This document shows, piece by piece, positions 43,891-54,555 of a DNA stretch of 64,000 nucleotides; position 1 is the first letter of the stretch; every line of letters starts with the position of its first letter. Source of the stretch: a virus; IMG/VR virus record IMGVR_UViG_3300028833_000004; one strand, given 5' to 3'. The notes under the pieces were generated by a model, which saw nothing but the letters and a program-made list of their open reading frames with translations, did no database searches and was not told where the DNA came from. Position numbers and translations under genes: made by a program.

Positions 43891-44930
43891 TAGTAATACC
43901 TAATATTAATTATTTTAGTAAAATTTATAATTTATCTGATAATTTTACACATACCACTGCGGTTGATACTGATTTTGATTGGTATTCAAGAGATCTCTTA
44001 GTTCGCCCATTAATATTAATGCATAAGGATGAATCTATAAATTTTAACGATAGTCCGATAGATGTTGGGGATAAGTTATTTTTTGGAGACAAGATTCCTT
44101 TTCCAGTTAGTAAACTTCATAAATTAACTAAAAGAGTAAAAAGAACCGTTAATATTAATAATTGTGATACATTAGTTATAGAAGATTCATATCTTCAGTT
44201 TGATAATTTTTCAAACTCCTATAAATATATTATTGCCATAGATCCAGAGAATTTCGCACATATAAATTTAAGTTGTCCTTATTGGGAAATTGACGAGAAC
44301 CAATATAAACGTTATGAAGATCACTTTGGTGCAGATAATGTATATATAGTCAACTTTTTAAGAAAAGATATTGATTATAACAACTTATGTATTTTAGAAC
44401 AATGTAAAAATAAAAAAATAGCATCTTTATCCAGCTTAAGTAGATTCTTAATTCCAGATTTAGATTCCTTAGATAAAGAGAATTTTGAATATTATTCAGC
44501 TTTATTAACATCGGATTCAGAAGATTCAGTGGCATTGGCTTTAGAAGCTTTAACTTACTACAATCTAGAGCCCTGGAAATCTCATCTGATTATAACTATG
44601 TTTAAAACGCCTATATTAAATAATATAGCTTATAAATATTTAAAATTTCAACTTGGAAATAGTTTAGATTTTACTACACGATTCTATAGAGCAAATGTTG
44701 ATTATATCTTTAATGGAGGATATTATTCAAATGTAGTTTTTAATGTTATTAAAGGTTTTTATTCCGATCCAAATTCAAGTAAAGAGCTTATGGACAATAC
44801 AAAAGAATTAATTAAGCAGAGAATCCTAACTATCATTCAGAATAATTCTGATATAATGGATGATTTAAATTTAATAAATTGTACAATAAGTATAGATGAC
44901 CCGAACGGAACGTCAGATACAAGCAATTGA
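43887..44930 (+). CDS. hypothetical protein
   Basis: 347-aa ORF. Confidence 0.65.
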   Translation: MIVIPNINYFSKIYNLSDNFTHTTAVDTDFDWYSRDLLVRPLILMHKDESINFNDSPIDVGDKLFFGDKIPFPVSKLHKLTKRVKRTVNINNCDTLVIEDSYLQFDNFSNSYKYIIAIDPENFAHINLSCPYWEIDENQYKRYEDHFGADNVYIVNFLRKDIDYNNLCILEQCKNKKIASLSSLSRFLIPDLDSLDKENFEYYSALLTSDSEDSVALALEALTYYNLEPWKSHLIITMFKTPILNNIAYKYLKFQLGNSLDFTTRFYRANVDYIFNGGYYSNVVFNVIKGFYSDPNSSKELMDNTKELIKQRILTIIQNNSDIMDDLNLINCTISIDDPNGTSDTSN

Positions 44931-46116
44931 AAAATGGAAAGCATCAGGTTGTAGAGCGAGTTTTGTGATGCCCACCGGGTTTGGAAAGACTCGAACAGCA
45001 TTAACAGCTGTTTCTAGAGTTATTTCTAAAAATCCATGGATGAAAGTTGTTATAGTTGTTCCAACTAAAGTTTTAAAAGATCAATGGGAAGAAAAATTGG
45101 ATGAGAATAATATAAAAGCTGATATATTAATTATGAATACCGCAGCAAAGAAATTCTTTGATTGTGATTTTCTTATTATAGATGAATGTCAACATATTTC
45201 ATCTACTGTATTAGCTAATATATTTCAAAATTGTTTTCCAAAGTTTATTTTAGGACTTACTGCTACGTATGAACGGTTAGATGGTTTAGAGAAATTTGTG
45301 TTAGATAAATATGCTCCTGTATGTGACACTGTTACAATGATGGAGGCTGAAGAAAATGGCTGGATTAGTCCTTATTATGAATATAAAGTTCTTTTGGATG
45401 TTGATTTAACTGAATATAATGAGGCTAATAAAACATTTATGAGTAATTTTGCATTTTTTGATTTTGTATGGGATGATTTTATGAATTGTGTAACTAATGC
45501 CATATTTAGAAATAAATATGCAAAGTACAAAGGTGTTTCTGTAAAAGATGTTACAGCTTGCGCTTTTGCATGTAATAGAGCTATGCAATTTAGAAAAAAT
45601 TTTATATATAATCATCCAAAAAAGATTGAAATTGCAAAATTAATTTTAGAAAATAGAAAGGATTCAAAAGCCATCACATTTAATGGCAGTATTAAGCAAT
45701 GTCAAGAATATGGATTTGGATATATTTTACATTCTAAGAAGTCTAAAAAAGAAAATGAGCAATTATTAGAAGAATTTTCTAAACAGACTTCTGGAGTCCT
45801 TCATACATCTAAAATGGCTGATGAGGGATTAGATATATCTGGATTAAATCTTGCCATAATAACAGGATTTAATTCTTCTCAAATTTCTAAAAGACAAAGA
45901 CTTGGTAGAGTATTACGAGTTGAGCCAAATAAAAAATCTGAAGTATTTACATTAATTTTAAGAGGGACTCAAGAAGATAAGTGGTTTAAAAAATCAACTG
46001 AGGGTTTGTCTTATATTGAAATTAATGAAACTGAATTAATTAAAGTCTTAAATTATGAGCCTTTAATTAATAAACAAAAGCAAATTCAAAATGAAGAAAA
46101 AACATTCAGATTCTAA
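44896..46116 (+). CDS. superfamily 2 DNA/RNA helicase
   Basis: Motif I MPTGFGKT, motif II IIDECQH, motif III TATYER and motif VI QRLGRVLR. Confidence 0.85.
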   Translation: MTRTERQIQAIEKWKASGCRASFVMPTGFGKTRTALTAVSRVISKNPWMKVVIVVPTKVLKDQWEEKLDENNIKADILIMNTAAKKFFDCDFLIIDECQHISSTVLANIFQNCFPKFILGLTATYERLDGLEKFVLDKYAPVCDTVTMMEAEENGWISPYYEYKVLLDVDLTEYNEANKTFMSNFAFFDFVWDDFMNCVTNAIFRNKYAKYKGVSVKDVTACAFACNRAMQFRKNFIYNHPKKIEIAKLILENRKDSKAITFNGSIKQCQEYGFGYILHSKKSKKENEQLLEEFSKQTSGVLHTSKMADEGLDISGLNLAIITGFNSSQISKRQRLGRVLRVEPNKKSEVFTLILRGTQEDKWFKKSTEGLSYIEINETELIKVLNYEPLINKQKQIQNEEKTFRF

Positions 46117-46423
46117 ATGTTTAACTCCAGAAATGCAAAGAAATTTTTTGGCATTTTATGCAAGATTATCTACTTTTGATGCTAAACTATTCTATCTTAT
46201 GTCTTTATGTAATACTTATTGCATAGAACCAATAACTGTAAACTTTTTTGCGCCGGTATGGTTTTACGATCGTTCTTTTGATGAAATAGTCAGGATTGCT
46301 GCACAGATATATCTAGCACAGGATCGTTTTAAATATATCACCATACCCTATAGGAAGCAACTAAAACAACTTAGACGTTATGGAACTATCTGGAAACCTG
46401 GTAAATATTTAAATAAACATTAA
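46091..46423 (+). CDS. hypothetical protein
   Basis: 110-aa ORF. Confidence 0.55.
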   Translation: MKKKHSDSKCLTPEMQRNFLAFYARLSTFDAKLFYLMSLCNTYCIEPITVNFFAPVWFYDRSFDEIVRIAAQIYLAQDRFKYITIPYRKQLKQLRRYGTIWKPGKYLNKH

Positions 46424-46490
46424 TTTTAATATTAAAATGGTAAGTATTTAGTGGCGAAAGCATATAATTAAATACTGTTTGTACTTACCA

Positions 46491-47093
46491 ATGAAATATT
46501 TAGAATTAAGTATTGAAAGAGAATTAGATTTCTTGATAAAATATGGATTAACTCCAAATGAACTTTTCACTATGAAGTTAATCTTTTATGCTCAAGATGA
46601 ACATCCTGAGTTTTTATCAAGATTTTTTACTGAAACAAATCTTTTACCTTTAAGAGATATATTACAATCTTTACAAGATAAAGGAATTATAAATAAAAGT
46701 TATAAAATTCAAGATTTTGGTGAGGTATTCAATCCAAGAGATGTTGATTTTAATAAAAATATTTTAAAAAGTTTTCTACAGCATAGCAGTGAACTTGGAA
46801 TGGATTTATTTATGAATTATCCAAGTAGTACTACTATTAATGGAAAAACTTTTAGTCTTAGGAATATCACTAAACTATATAAAAGTATAGATGATCTTAG
46901 TTTCAATTATGGTAAACTTATAAATTTTTCACCTGAAAAACATAAAGAAGTTTTAGAGTTATTGGAATGGGGTAAAGAAAATCATTTAATTCAGAGCGGT
47001 ATATGTGATTTCATATCCTCTATGAAATGGTTAGATCTACAAGAATTAAAAGATAATGATATGGGAATTTTTAATACAAATACCCTTGTATGA
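46491..47093 (+). CDS. hypothetical protein (its position upstream of the helicase suggests a loader or organizer; unproven)
   Basis: I place the start at ATG 46491. No motif recognised. Confidence 0.55.
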   Translation: MKYLELSIERELDFLIKYGLTPNELFTMKLIFYAQDEHPEFLSRFFTETNLLPLRDILQSLQDKGIINKSYKIQDFGEVFNPRDVDFNKNILKSFLQHSSELGMDLFMNYPSSTTINGKTFSLRNITKLYKSIDDLSFNYGKLINFSPEKHKEVLELLEWGKENHLIQSGICDFISSMKWLDLQELKDNDMGIFNTNTLV

Positions 47094-48118
47094 TTGTAGA
47101 TAATTTATTCCATGATATAGTTCGGGGAAAGAATGGTCTTAATGCCGGATTAAGTTCGGGCATTGACAAGATAGATAAGATAACTTATGGTATTCAAAGA
47201 AAGTGGTTTACTACTATATTTGGAGATTCAGGCTCAGGTAAGAGTCAGCTCAGTTTATATACTGCTGTGTATTATCCATTTAAGCAATTAATGGAAAATC
47301 CAAGCTTAAATATAAACTGGCTAATTTTTAGTTTTGAGATGAGCTCAGAAGTACTACTAGCTAAACTATTATCTTTACATATATATGATGAATATCATCT
47401 AGTTGTACCCTATGAACATATTTTATCTTTAAGAGGCATTATTTCAGAACAAGAATATGTTTTAGTCATGAAGTCTAAACCATGGCTTGAAGAATTTGAA
47501 AAAAGATGCCAAATTATAGATAAACCAGTAACATCTAGAGCTCTTTACGGTATATGTAAGGAATGGAGTAGAAAATTTGGTAACTATAAAGAGATTGAGA
47601 GGACTGATGAATATTTAAAGGAAGACTATATTCCCAATGATCCACAACAATATTTAATTGTAATTGTGGATCATGTTAGTCTTCTTTCTTTAGATTCTGG
47701 ACATACTAAAAAACAAGAAATTGATATGGCTTGTGAATATTTAATACATTTCAGGAATAAATGTAATTTTACTGTATATGTAGTTCAACAAGCTAATAGA
47801 AATTTCAAGTCTATGGACAGGCGACAAGGCGGCTATCAACTATTACAATTAGATGATGCAGCTGATTCATCAGGTCCTTCACAAGCTAGTGAAGTAGTTA
47901 TTGGCATATTTCATCCATTCAGAGAACGTTTACCGACATGTGAAAAATATGATATAAGAAAACTGCAAGACCGATTTAGGTTATGCCAAGTCTTAAAACA
48001 AAGATTTGGTGTAGCTGATAGAAGTGTTGGTTGTGCTTTTTGGGGTGAGATTGGATATTGGAAAGATCTTCCCCTACCTAATGAAATTACAGATTATTCT
48101 CAATATTTAAATCCTTAA
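47090..48118 (+). CDS. DnaB-like replicative helicase (RecA-fold domain)
   Basis: Walker A is GDSGSGKSQ and Walker B is LIVIVDHVSLL. FRNKCNFTVYVVQQANR is also present. Confidence 0.7.
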   Translation: MIVDNLFHDIVRGKNGLNAGLSSGIDKIDKITYGIQRKWFTTIFGDSGSGKSQLSLYTAVYYPFKQLMENPSLNINWLIFSFEMSSEVLLAKLLSLHIYDEYHLVVPYEHILSLRGIISEQEYVLVMKSKPWLEEFEKRCQIIDKPVTSRALYGICKEWSRKFGNYKEIERTDEYLKEDYIPNDPQQYLIVIVDHVSLLSLDSGHTKKQEIDMACEYLIHFRNKCNFTVYVVQQANRNFKSMDRRQGGYQLLQLDDAADSSGPSQASEVVIGIFHPFRERLPTCEKYDIRKLQDRFRLCQVLKQRFGVADRSVGCAFWGEIGYWKDLPLPNEITDYSQYLNP

Positions 48119-48154
48119 GATTATAAAACATTTTTATTTTAAAACATTACTATT

Positions 48155-48886
48155 ATGAGTATCTTACCACAAACAAAAACCGTTAAAAAGACTGATGATC
48201 CTAAAAACTTGATTATATTTGGATTGCCTAAGGTAGGCAAGACTTCAAGTTTAGCAAAACTTCCAAATAATCTTATTATTGACCTTGAAGACGGAACTGA
48301 TTATATTGAAGGTTTTGTATATAAAGCAAATAAAATCAAAGATTTATATGAAGTGTCACAAGCACTTCGTAATGAGGAACATCAGTTTAAATTTGTAACT
48401 ATTGATACAATTACAGCCCTTGAAGAATTAGCTATTAAATTAGCTTGTAAAAACGAGGGTGTAGAATCTAAAGAGCAATTATTTAATCTTCCATATGGAA
48501 GAGGATATTCAGCTCATAGAGATGCGGTTAAAGAGATATTAAGCTGGTTTTATGGAATTGGTGTCAATGTAATTCTTACAGCGCACGTAAAAGACAAATC
48601 TTTGGCAGAAGGATCAACTGAACTTAACGTGAAGACACTAGATTTGGGAGGTAAACTCTCAAACATCCTTTCTGCAGACTCAGATGCTATCTGTTATGTT
48701 TATCGTGATGTTGAGAATGGTAATCTAATGGCTAACTTCGGTGATATGAATTCAGTTTTAACTGGAGCCAGATCAGCGCACTTAGCTGGTAAAACTATTT
48801 GTCTTGCTGAACGTAAACAATTAGAAAATGGAAATTATGATTTAATCACACATTGGGACACCATTTATCCAAGCTTAAATGAATAA
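48155..48886 (+). CDS. AAA_24/Sak4-like RecA-fold ATPase
   Basis: Walker A is GLPKVGKTS and Walker B is FVTIDTITALEE. Confidence 0.65.
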   Translation: MSILPQTKTVKKTDDPKNLIIFGLPKVGKTSSLAKLPNNLIIDLEDGTDYIEGFVYKANKIKDLYEVSQALRNEEHQFKFVTIDTITALEELAIKLACKNEGVESKEQLFNLPYGRGYSAHRDAVKEILSWFYGIGVNVILTAHVKDKSLAEGSTELNVKTLDLGGKLSNILSADSDAICYVYRDVENGNLMANFGDMNSVLTGARSAHLAGKTICLAERKQLENGNYDLITHWDTIYPSLNE

Positions 48887-49274
48887 TCTTGAAAATTATG
48901 ATGTTGAATTGTTGGAGAATAAATTGATTTTATCTCCAACAATTATTTCTTTATTAAATGCCCAGGTTGGAGATAGAATTGAGATAGAATATATCGAAAA
49001 AGATGGAGTAATTATTCCAATTATTATCAAATCACAAGCTGGGAATAAATTAACTAAAAGTAATACAGTATCTTTTAGGGGTAAAGCTAATGTAGATTTA
49101 GCTTCTTATGGAACTAAATTTAAGGCTGAATTAATAGATTCTATTATATGCTTATATGGAAATAATCCTGAGTATAAAATATATAATGGAGTTCAGTCTG
49201 CTTTGAAAAATATAGATAAATCAATAATAGAAAACACTAATTTTAACATTAACATTAATTCATTCACATTATGA
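48879..49274 (+). CDS. hypothetical protein
   Basis: 131-aa ORF. Confidence 0.55.
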   Translation: MNNLENYDVELLENKLILSPTIISLLNAQVGDRIEIEYIEKDGVIIPIIIKSQAGNKLTKSNTVSFRGKANVDLASYGTKFKAELIDSIICLYGNNPEYKIYNGVQSALKNIDKSIIENTNFNININSFTL

Positions 49275-49897
49275 ACTTTAGTTTTGTAGAAAATGTAAAA
49301 GTATCTGCTCCTGTTTTGGAACCTAATAAAATTCACTCTGTAGTATTTAATGGCTGTGAAGCTCGTACAATTGAATCTGCCAAAGGTAAATATGATGTTT
49401 TGGATATTAAATTTTCCAATGCTGATGGACAATTTACCGACACAGTATTTGATCCGGGTGAAGATGTGGATACAGATGGTATGTTTGGAAAAAATCCATC
49501 TAATGTAAAAGCCTTGGCTGTAAAAGTTAAACATTTGTTGGATGCAGTGTGCCCAGAAAATTCTCCTAAAGTTTCACAACTTCAAGGTTCATGGCTGGAA
49601 ATTCGTAATCAAATTATTGAACTTACTGCTCCAGGTATTGGTAAAGAGACTAAAATTAAATTATTAGGTCGAGAGCGTGCAGATCAAATGGGAAATAAAT
49701 CTATTTATCCAGAATTTCCTGGATTCTTTGCTAAATATGATAGAAACGGAAATCTTTATTTAGCTACCAATTTTATTGGAAATTCTGTTTATTTTAAATC
49801 TTCTGAGTTAACTAAAATTAAAAATATGCAAACAGCTACACCAACTCCTATGGGTTCAGAAGAGTCTGGTAGTAAAACAGTAGATTATGATTTTTAA
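49271..49897 (+). CDS. hypothetical protein (candidate ssDNA-binding protein by position only)
   Basis: 208-aa ORF between the recombination-type ATPase and the primase. No motif verified. Confidence 0.55.
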   Translation: MNFSFVENVKVSAPVLEPNKIHSVVFNGCEARTIESAKGKYDVLDIKFSNADGQFTDTVFDPGEDVDTDGMFGKNPSNVKALAVKVKHLLDAVCPENSPKVSQLQGSWLEIRNQIIELTAPGIGKETKIKLLGRERADQMGNKSIYPEFPGFFAKYDRNGNLYLATNFIGNSVYFKSSELTKIKNMQTATPTPMGSEESGSKTVDYDF

Positions 49898-50901
49898 TGA
49901 AATTTCCAGATTTAGAAACTAGGATAACAAAAGATTTTTTACTTTCTAAAAATTCTGAAGAAACTTATATGCAGACCTACTTAGGAGTCCCCGTAAAAAA
50001 GGGACTCCTAATAAGTCCACTTAGAAATGATAGAAGACCTACTGCGAGTTTTTATAGAAATAAAAATAATGAATTAATTTTTCATGATTTTGGAACTGGT
50101 TTTCATAGTAATTTTATAGGTGTTGTTATGTTTAAACATAATTGCACTTATCACGAAGCTTTAAAAATAATTGCTGAAGATTTTGGATATATTGAAAAGG
50201 AATCGAATAGACCCGAAGTTAAAATCAAGCAATCTAAAATTCAGATAGAAGAAAAACAAGAAACAATTATTCAAATAGAAAAACAAAATTTTCAAGATTA
50301 TGAATTAAAGTGGTGGGAATCATTTGGAATACATAAAGAAACATTAGAAAAATTTAAAGTTTACTCTTGTAAATCTGTATTTTTAAATGGTACATATTTA
50401 GCATCATCATCTAAAAATAGTATGATTTTTGGATATTATTTTGGGAAACGTGGTGGAAATGAAATTTGGAGAATATATTTTCCACAAAGAAAACAATATA
50501 GATTCCTGAGTAATTCCGATAAATTAATTGTTCAAAATTCTTTAAATATTCCAAAGACTGGAGATCTATTAGTAATATGTAAATCTATGAAGGATTGTTT
50601 ATTATTTTATGAATTAGGAATTCCGGCAATTGCCCCATGTAGTGAAGTTCAATTTGTATCAGATCAACAATTGGCTAGATTAAAATCTAGATTTAAAGTA
50701 ATTGTTGTATGTTATGATAATGATATGACTGGAATACATTTTATGCGAAAAATAAAAAAGAAGCATCCAGAACTTCATTATTTTTTTATTCCTAGAAAAT
50801 ATGCTAAAGATCCCAGTGATTTTTGTAAAGCTTTCGGAATTGAAGAAACTAAAAAACAAGTTGAGTTATTAAAACAATATTATTTAAATGAAGAAAAATA
50901 A
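49897..50901 (+). CDS. DNA primase (Toprim-type)
   Basis: The N-terminus has PLRNDRRPTASFY...FHDFGTG. Toprim-like segments are LLVICKSMKDCLLFYELGIPAIA and VVCYDNDMTG. Confidence 0.55.
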   Translation: MKFPDLETRITKDFLLSKNSEETYMQTYLGVPVKKGLLISPLRNDRRPTASFYRNKNNELIFHDFGTGFHSNFIGVVMFKHNCTYHEALKIIAEDFGYIEKESNRPEVKIKQSKIQIEEKQETIIQIEKQNFQDYELKWWESFGIHKETLEKFKVYSCKSVFLNGTYLASSSKNSMIFGYYFGKRGGNEIWRIYFPQRKQYRFLSNSDKLIVQNSLNIPKTGDLLVICKSMKDCLLFYELGIPAIAPCSEVQFVSDQQLARLKSRFKVIVVCYDNDMTGIHFMRKIKKKHPELHYFFIPRKYAKDPSDFCKAFGIEETKKQVELLKQYYLNEEK

Positions 50902-51262
50902 AAAAGAATTAGCCCAACTTGGTAAAAGAAATAAAAGGAAAGGCAACAGATTTGAACTTGAGGTTATTAAGAAACTGAAAGAAATTGGATATGCTGATTG
51001 TGTTTCTAGTAGAAATCAAGACAAGACTGCTGATGCTAATAAAGTAGATATTATAAGTAAAAGTTTACCTGTATTAATTCAATGTAAATATACAAAGAAT
51101 ACCCCAAATTATTTTGGAATTGAAAATGATTGTTTAGACAAATCTAAACCATTTACAATAATTTGGAAAAAATCAGGTGAAAATGGACATAATAGTCCTG
51201 GTACAGTAGCAATGATTCCTTTCGATTATTTTTTGACATTGCTATCGTCTGAGGGACGTTAA
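50888..51262 (+). CDS. PD-(D/E)XK nuclease, Holliday-junction-resolvase-like
   Basis: GNRFELEVIKKLKEIGY...KVDIISK...IQCKYTKN. This follows the E...D...(Q/E)xK arrangement typical of Hjc-like or endonuclease-like folds. Confidence 0.45.
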   Translation: MKKNKKELAQLGKRNKRKGNRFELEVIKKLKEIGYADCVSSRNQDKTADANKVDIISKSLPVLIQCKYTKNTPNYFGIENDCLDKSKPFTIIWKKSGENGHNSPGTVAMIPFDYFLTLLSSEGR

Positions 51263-51284
51263 ATATTACGATAAAAATAACAAA

Positions 51285-51719
51285 ATGATAAACATAGAGA
51301 ATGTAACTAGACCTAAAGGATTTGCTCCTTTTAGAAATATAAAAAGATATTATCATGAAAAATATGTGGAGCAATTTCTAATAGCCTCTTTAAAAGAAGG
51401 ATTAATTGATGATTTTGAAAGTGAATATAGACTCTATATTCAAACAGCATTTGCTAAAAAGCAGGTATTTTTAGATTTCGTTATTAAGAAGGGGAATTCC
51501 ATAGGATTCATAGAAGTCGATGGACCTCAACATTTTAAATACATAGAACAATTCCATAAAAACGGAATTTCCGATTTTATAAAGCAGCAAAACAGAGATA
51601 AAATTGTTAATAAATTCTGTTTAGAGCATGGAAAATTACTTAGATTACCTACAACCCTCGAAGATAATAAAGTTGATAAAAAATTAAAACTCTTTATTAA
51701 TACATTATGCGAGGATTAG
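51285..51719 (+). CDS. PD-(D/E)XK-like endonuclease (DUF559/Vsr-like pattern)
   Basis: FLDFVIKKGNSIGFIEVDGPQHF. Ends on TAG. Confidence 0.4.
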   Translation: MINIENVTRPKGFAPFRNIKRYYHEKYVEQFLIASLKEGLIDDFESEYRLYIQTAFAKKQVFLDFVIKKGNSIGFIEVDGPQHFKYIEQFHKNGISDFIKQQNRDKIVNKFCLEHGKLLRLPTTLEDNKVDKKLKLFINTLCED

Positions 51720-52222
51720 GTATTGTATGTGATTGCGATCAATGTATTGCTGACTTTTGTGGTGGTTTTGAAAAAGAATTCAATGTTTCTTATCAAGATT
51801 TAACTTCAGAAGAAATTACGCAGAAGGTTACAGATTTAAAATATAATTATAAATTTTGGGAAAATTTACCAAAACTAAATGATTTAGATTTTGAACCTTT
51901 AGCTTATTGTACTGCCCGAATAAATTCTAAATATACCACTAAAAAATGGCTCAAAAAGAATAATTTTCCAAATAGTCCTGTATATCAGGTGATGGGATAT
52001 AAATTAAGTAAAGTCAGTCAATTAAAAAGAATTCCATTAAAAGATAATGAAATTAAGATATTTATAGATGATAGCTGGAAAAATGTGTCAGATGCCTTAA
52101 ATGCAGGTATTCCAGCTTTTTTGTATAATACTCCATATAATCAGGATATTGACACGCCTCTTAGAATTATGGATTTAAAATTTAAAACTATTTGTCATGC
52201 TTATAGAAAATTTTATTTCTAA
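51707..52222 (+). CDS. HAD-like 5'(3')-deoxyribonucleotidase candidate
   Basis: The N-terminal IVCDCDQCIADF resembles HAD motif I (DxDxx). Size and context fit NT5C-like enzymes. Support is weak. Confidence 0.35.
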   Translation: MRGLGIVCDCDQCIADFCGGFEKEFNVSYQDLTSEEITQKVTDLKYNYKFWENLPKLNDLDFEPLAYCTARINSKYTTKKWLKKNNFPNSPVYQVMGYKLSKVSQLKRIPLKDNEIKIFIDDSWKNVSDALNAGIPAFLYNTPYNQDIDTPLRIMDLKFKTICHAYRKFYF

Positions 52223-53264
52223 TTCAACTGTTCAGGTTGTTGATGTTACTGGTGGAAAGATGCCTGATTCGGAATATTTTAAGATTCCAGCAATTAGTAA
52301 TTCAAAATTAAGTTTACTTAATGCAGATCAGGGTGGGGATAAAGCTAAATATTTAGCAGGATTTCAACATGGCTTTAATAGTTCTCTTCTTTTGGGAACT
52401 TGTGTACATGGAAAGATATTATCCGAAGATGAAATATTAGTTAGTGATTATGAGGGAAAGCCTTCAGGTAAACTTGGTTATTTTATTGAGAAAGTTTATA
52501 AATATCGAAAACTTGGAGAATCTATAGAGTCCTCTATATCTAAGGCCTCTATTGACGCTGATTATTATAAGAATAAAATCACTCCAAAAATACTCAGAAA
52601 TGCTTTACAAAAAGGTCTAGATTATTATATAAGATTATCACATGGGGAATTTGATGACCCAATAAAAGATGTATATGTTTTACCTAAAAAAGATTTAGAA
52701 ACTTGTAACAGATGTGTAAAATCTATCAAGAATAATTTCTTTATAAAAAGAATTTTATCTGAAAATCTTATTCAAGAAAAGAAGTTTATGAATGAGTATG
52801 CATTTTTTGCAGATTTCTTAGTAACTCTCCCGGATAAATCCCAAATGACCTTAAAGTTAAAAGGCAAAGCCGATAGTATCGTAATAGATCCAGAGAAGAA
52901 AATAATATATTTAAATGATGTAAAAACTACTAGTAAACCTATTTATAATTTTATGGATAAAGTTATAAATGGACAAATAGTATCTGGAGTATTATCTCAT
53001 CATCATTATTATAGACAATTTGCTCTATATATGTTATTTTTAAAATGGTATTGCGAGAAAACGTTACATTTAACAGGATATACTTATAGAGTTAATGTTT
53101 GGGCAGTAGAAACTACAGGGGAAAATAAAGCTGAAAACTTTCCAATCAATCAAGCTTGGTTAGATTTAGGTAAAAAAGAGTTAAAATCATTATTAATTCA
53201 AATAGCATTTTATCAATTATATGGCTGGGACAAAGACTACGAACAATATGTGCGAGACCTATGA
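52197..53264 (+). CDS. PD-(D/E)XK exonuclease (RecB/Cas4-like fold)
   Basis: LKGKADSIVID...IYLNDVKTT gives a D...D/ExK core. Confidence 0.55.
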   Translation: MLIENFISNSTVQVVDVTGGKMPDSEYFKIPAISNSKLSLLNADQGGDKAKYLAGFQHGFNSSLLLGTCVHGKILSEDEILVSDYEGKPSGKLGYFIEKVYKYRKLGESIESSISKASIDADYYKNKITPKILRNALQKGLDYYIRLSHGEFDDPIKDVYVLPKKDLETCNRCVKSIKNNFFIKRILSENLIQEKKFMNEYAFFADFLVTLPDKSQMTLKLKGKADSIVIDPEKKIIYLNDVKTTSKPIYNFMDKVINGQIVSGVLSHHHYYRQFALYMLFLKWYCEKTLHLTGYTYRVNVWAVETTGENKAENFPINQAWLDLGKKELKSLLIQIAFYQLYGWDKDYEQYVRDL

Positions 53265-53619
53265 AAGTAAATCAAACTTTTATATGATGAATTATTCCTT
53301 AGGCACACTAACTTCTGGAAGTTTTAAAGAAAAGTTAGAACTTATAGAATTGATATGTTATCTTACATTTCAATTACGCGAAAAAGATTCAAGTAAATAT
53401 AAAAATACAAAAGATGTATTAGAGGAACTTTTTGGAAAAACTTTCACAGTTGGAAATGGTAAAGATGATTATTTTATAAATTTAAGTCTTTTATGTGATG
53501 ATCTTTTATATCAAGTAATAACAGTTAATAAACCAGATAAATATAAAGATTTAGATAAAGTTGGTAATATAATTGCACAACGGATTAGAGAAATAACTGA
53601 TCAGTGGTGCCCATTTTAA
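53221..53619 (+). CDS. hypothetical protein (start uncertain)
   Basis: This is the ORF-track ORF. Internal ATGs at 53248 and about 53284 would reduce the overlap with the upstream gene. Confidence 0.55.
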   Translation: MAGTKTTNNMCETYESKSNFYMMNYSLGTLTSGSFKEKLELIELICYLTFQLREKDSSKYKNTKDVLEELFGKTFTVGNGKDDYFINLSLLCDDLLYQVITVNKPDKYKDLDKVGNIIAQRIREITDQWCPF

Positions 53620-53624
53620 TAGAC

Positions 53625-54248
53625 ATGAAATTACAAATTAAAGAATGTACTGGATTTACCAAAGAGGAGGCTTTTCAAGAGTTAAATTTTCACCCATGCC
53701 ATGCTGCAATTCCAGGTACAAATTGTACACAGGCATGGACGAAGGCTGGAAGTCCTGTTCCTGGAACTAAAGACTTTTCAATTTTTGCTGCAGAACAATT
53801 AGCCGAAAAAACAAAAAATACCCCAGGTTTAGGATTATATGTTGTATTAAGCCCCCCAGTAAAGGATACAAGAATACGACCCTATAAAATATATAATAAT
53901 ATTGTAGAAAGTACTAGAGAGTGGACTTTTAATTATATGATTGTAGAGGCAAATATCTCTATGGAAACTTTTCCAGAAATAGATACAACTGATGATGGGG
54001 ATATAATTAAAACATATTATGAAGAGCCTGATATTGTAGAATATGGGAAAATTATAAAATTTGTAGATAATAAGGCTGAAGCATTGTCGGAAATTAAGAG
54101 ATTAACGGCAAAAAATCATAAAGATTATGCAATAATGGCTGTTAAAGTTCCAGATATAGTTCCTATTGCTGGTTATTCTATATATACACCATCAGCAGGA
54201 ACTTGTGTAGGTAAGTATATAGCTTTTGGATTTGATAAGGAGGATTGA
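53625..54248 (+). CDS. hypothetical protein
   Basis: I place the start at ATG 53625, after the upstream stop. Confidence 0.6.
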   Translation: MKLQIKECTGFTKEEAFQELNFHPCHAAIPGTNCTQAWTKAGSPVPGTKDFSIFAAEQLAEKTKNTPGLGLYVVLSPPVKDTRIRPYKIYNNIVESTREWTFNYMIVEANISMETFPEIDTTDDGDIIKTYYEEPDIVEYGKIIKFVDNKAEALSEIKRLTAKNHKDYAIMAVKVPDIVPIAGYSIYTPSAGTCVGKYIAFGFDKED

Positions 54249-54249
54249 T

Positions 54250-54555
54250 ATGGAAGTAGTAATTATTTTAATGTTAATATTTAGTATTGGGGTTTTAATT
54301 AATATTGGAAATGATGTTAGAGGCCTCCTATCAGCATTAAAGAATGACTTTACTGAAGAATGGTTTTGTAATGATCCGGAAATAAATTCAGAATTAAATA
54401 AAAGACCCATTGTTCAAAATTTTTTCACAAAGCCTCAGTTATATAAAATTATAAATATTATAGCCCAAATTTATTCCTATTCTAAACTTATTATTTATTC
54501 TCTTACAATAATAGGATTAGATGTTATAGCAATATTATTTTATAAAGGTTTATGA
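54250..54555 (+). CDS. membrane protein
   Basis: Hydrophobic segments MEVVIILMLIFSIGVLINI and LIIYSLTIIGLDVIAILFY. Confidence 0.55.
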   Translation: MEVVIILMLIFSIGVLINIGNDVRGLLSALKNDFTEEWFCNDPEINSELNKRPIVQNFFTKPQLYKIINIIAQIYSYSKLIIYSLTIIGLDVIAILFYKGL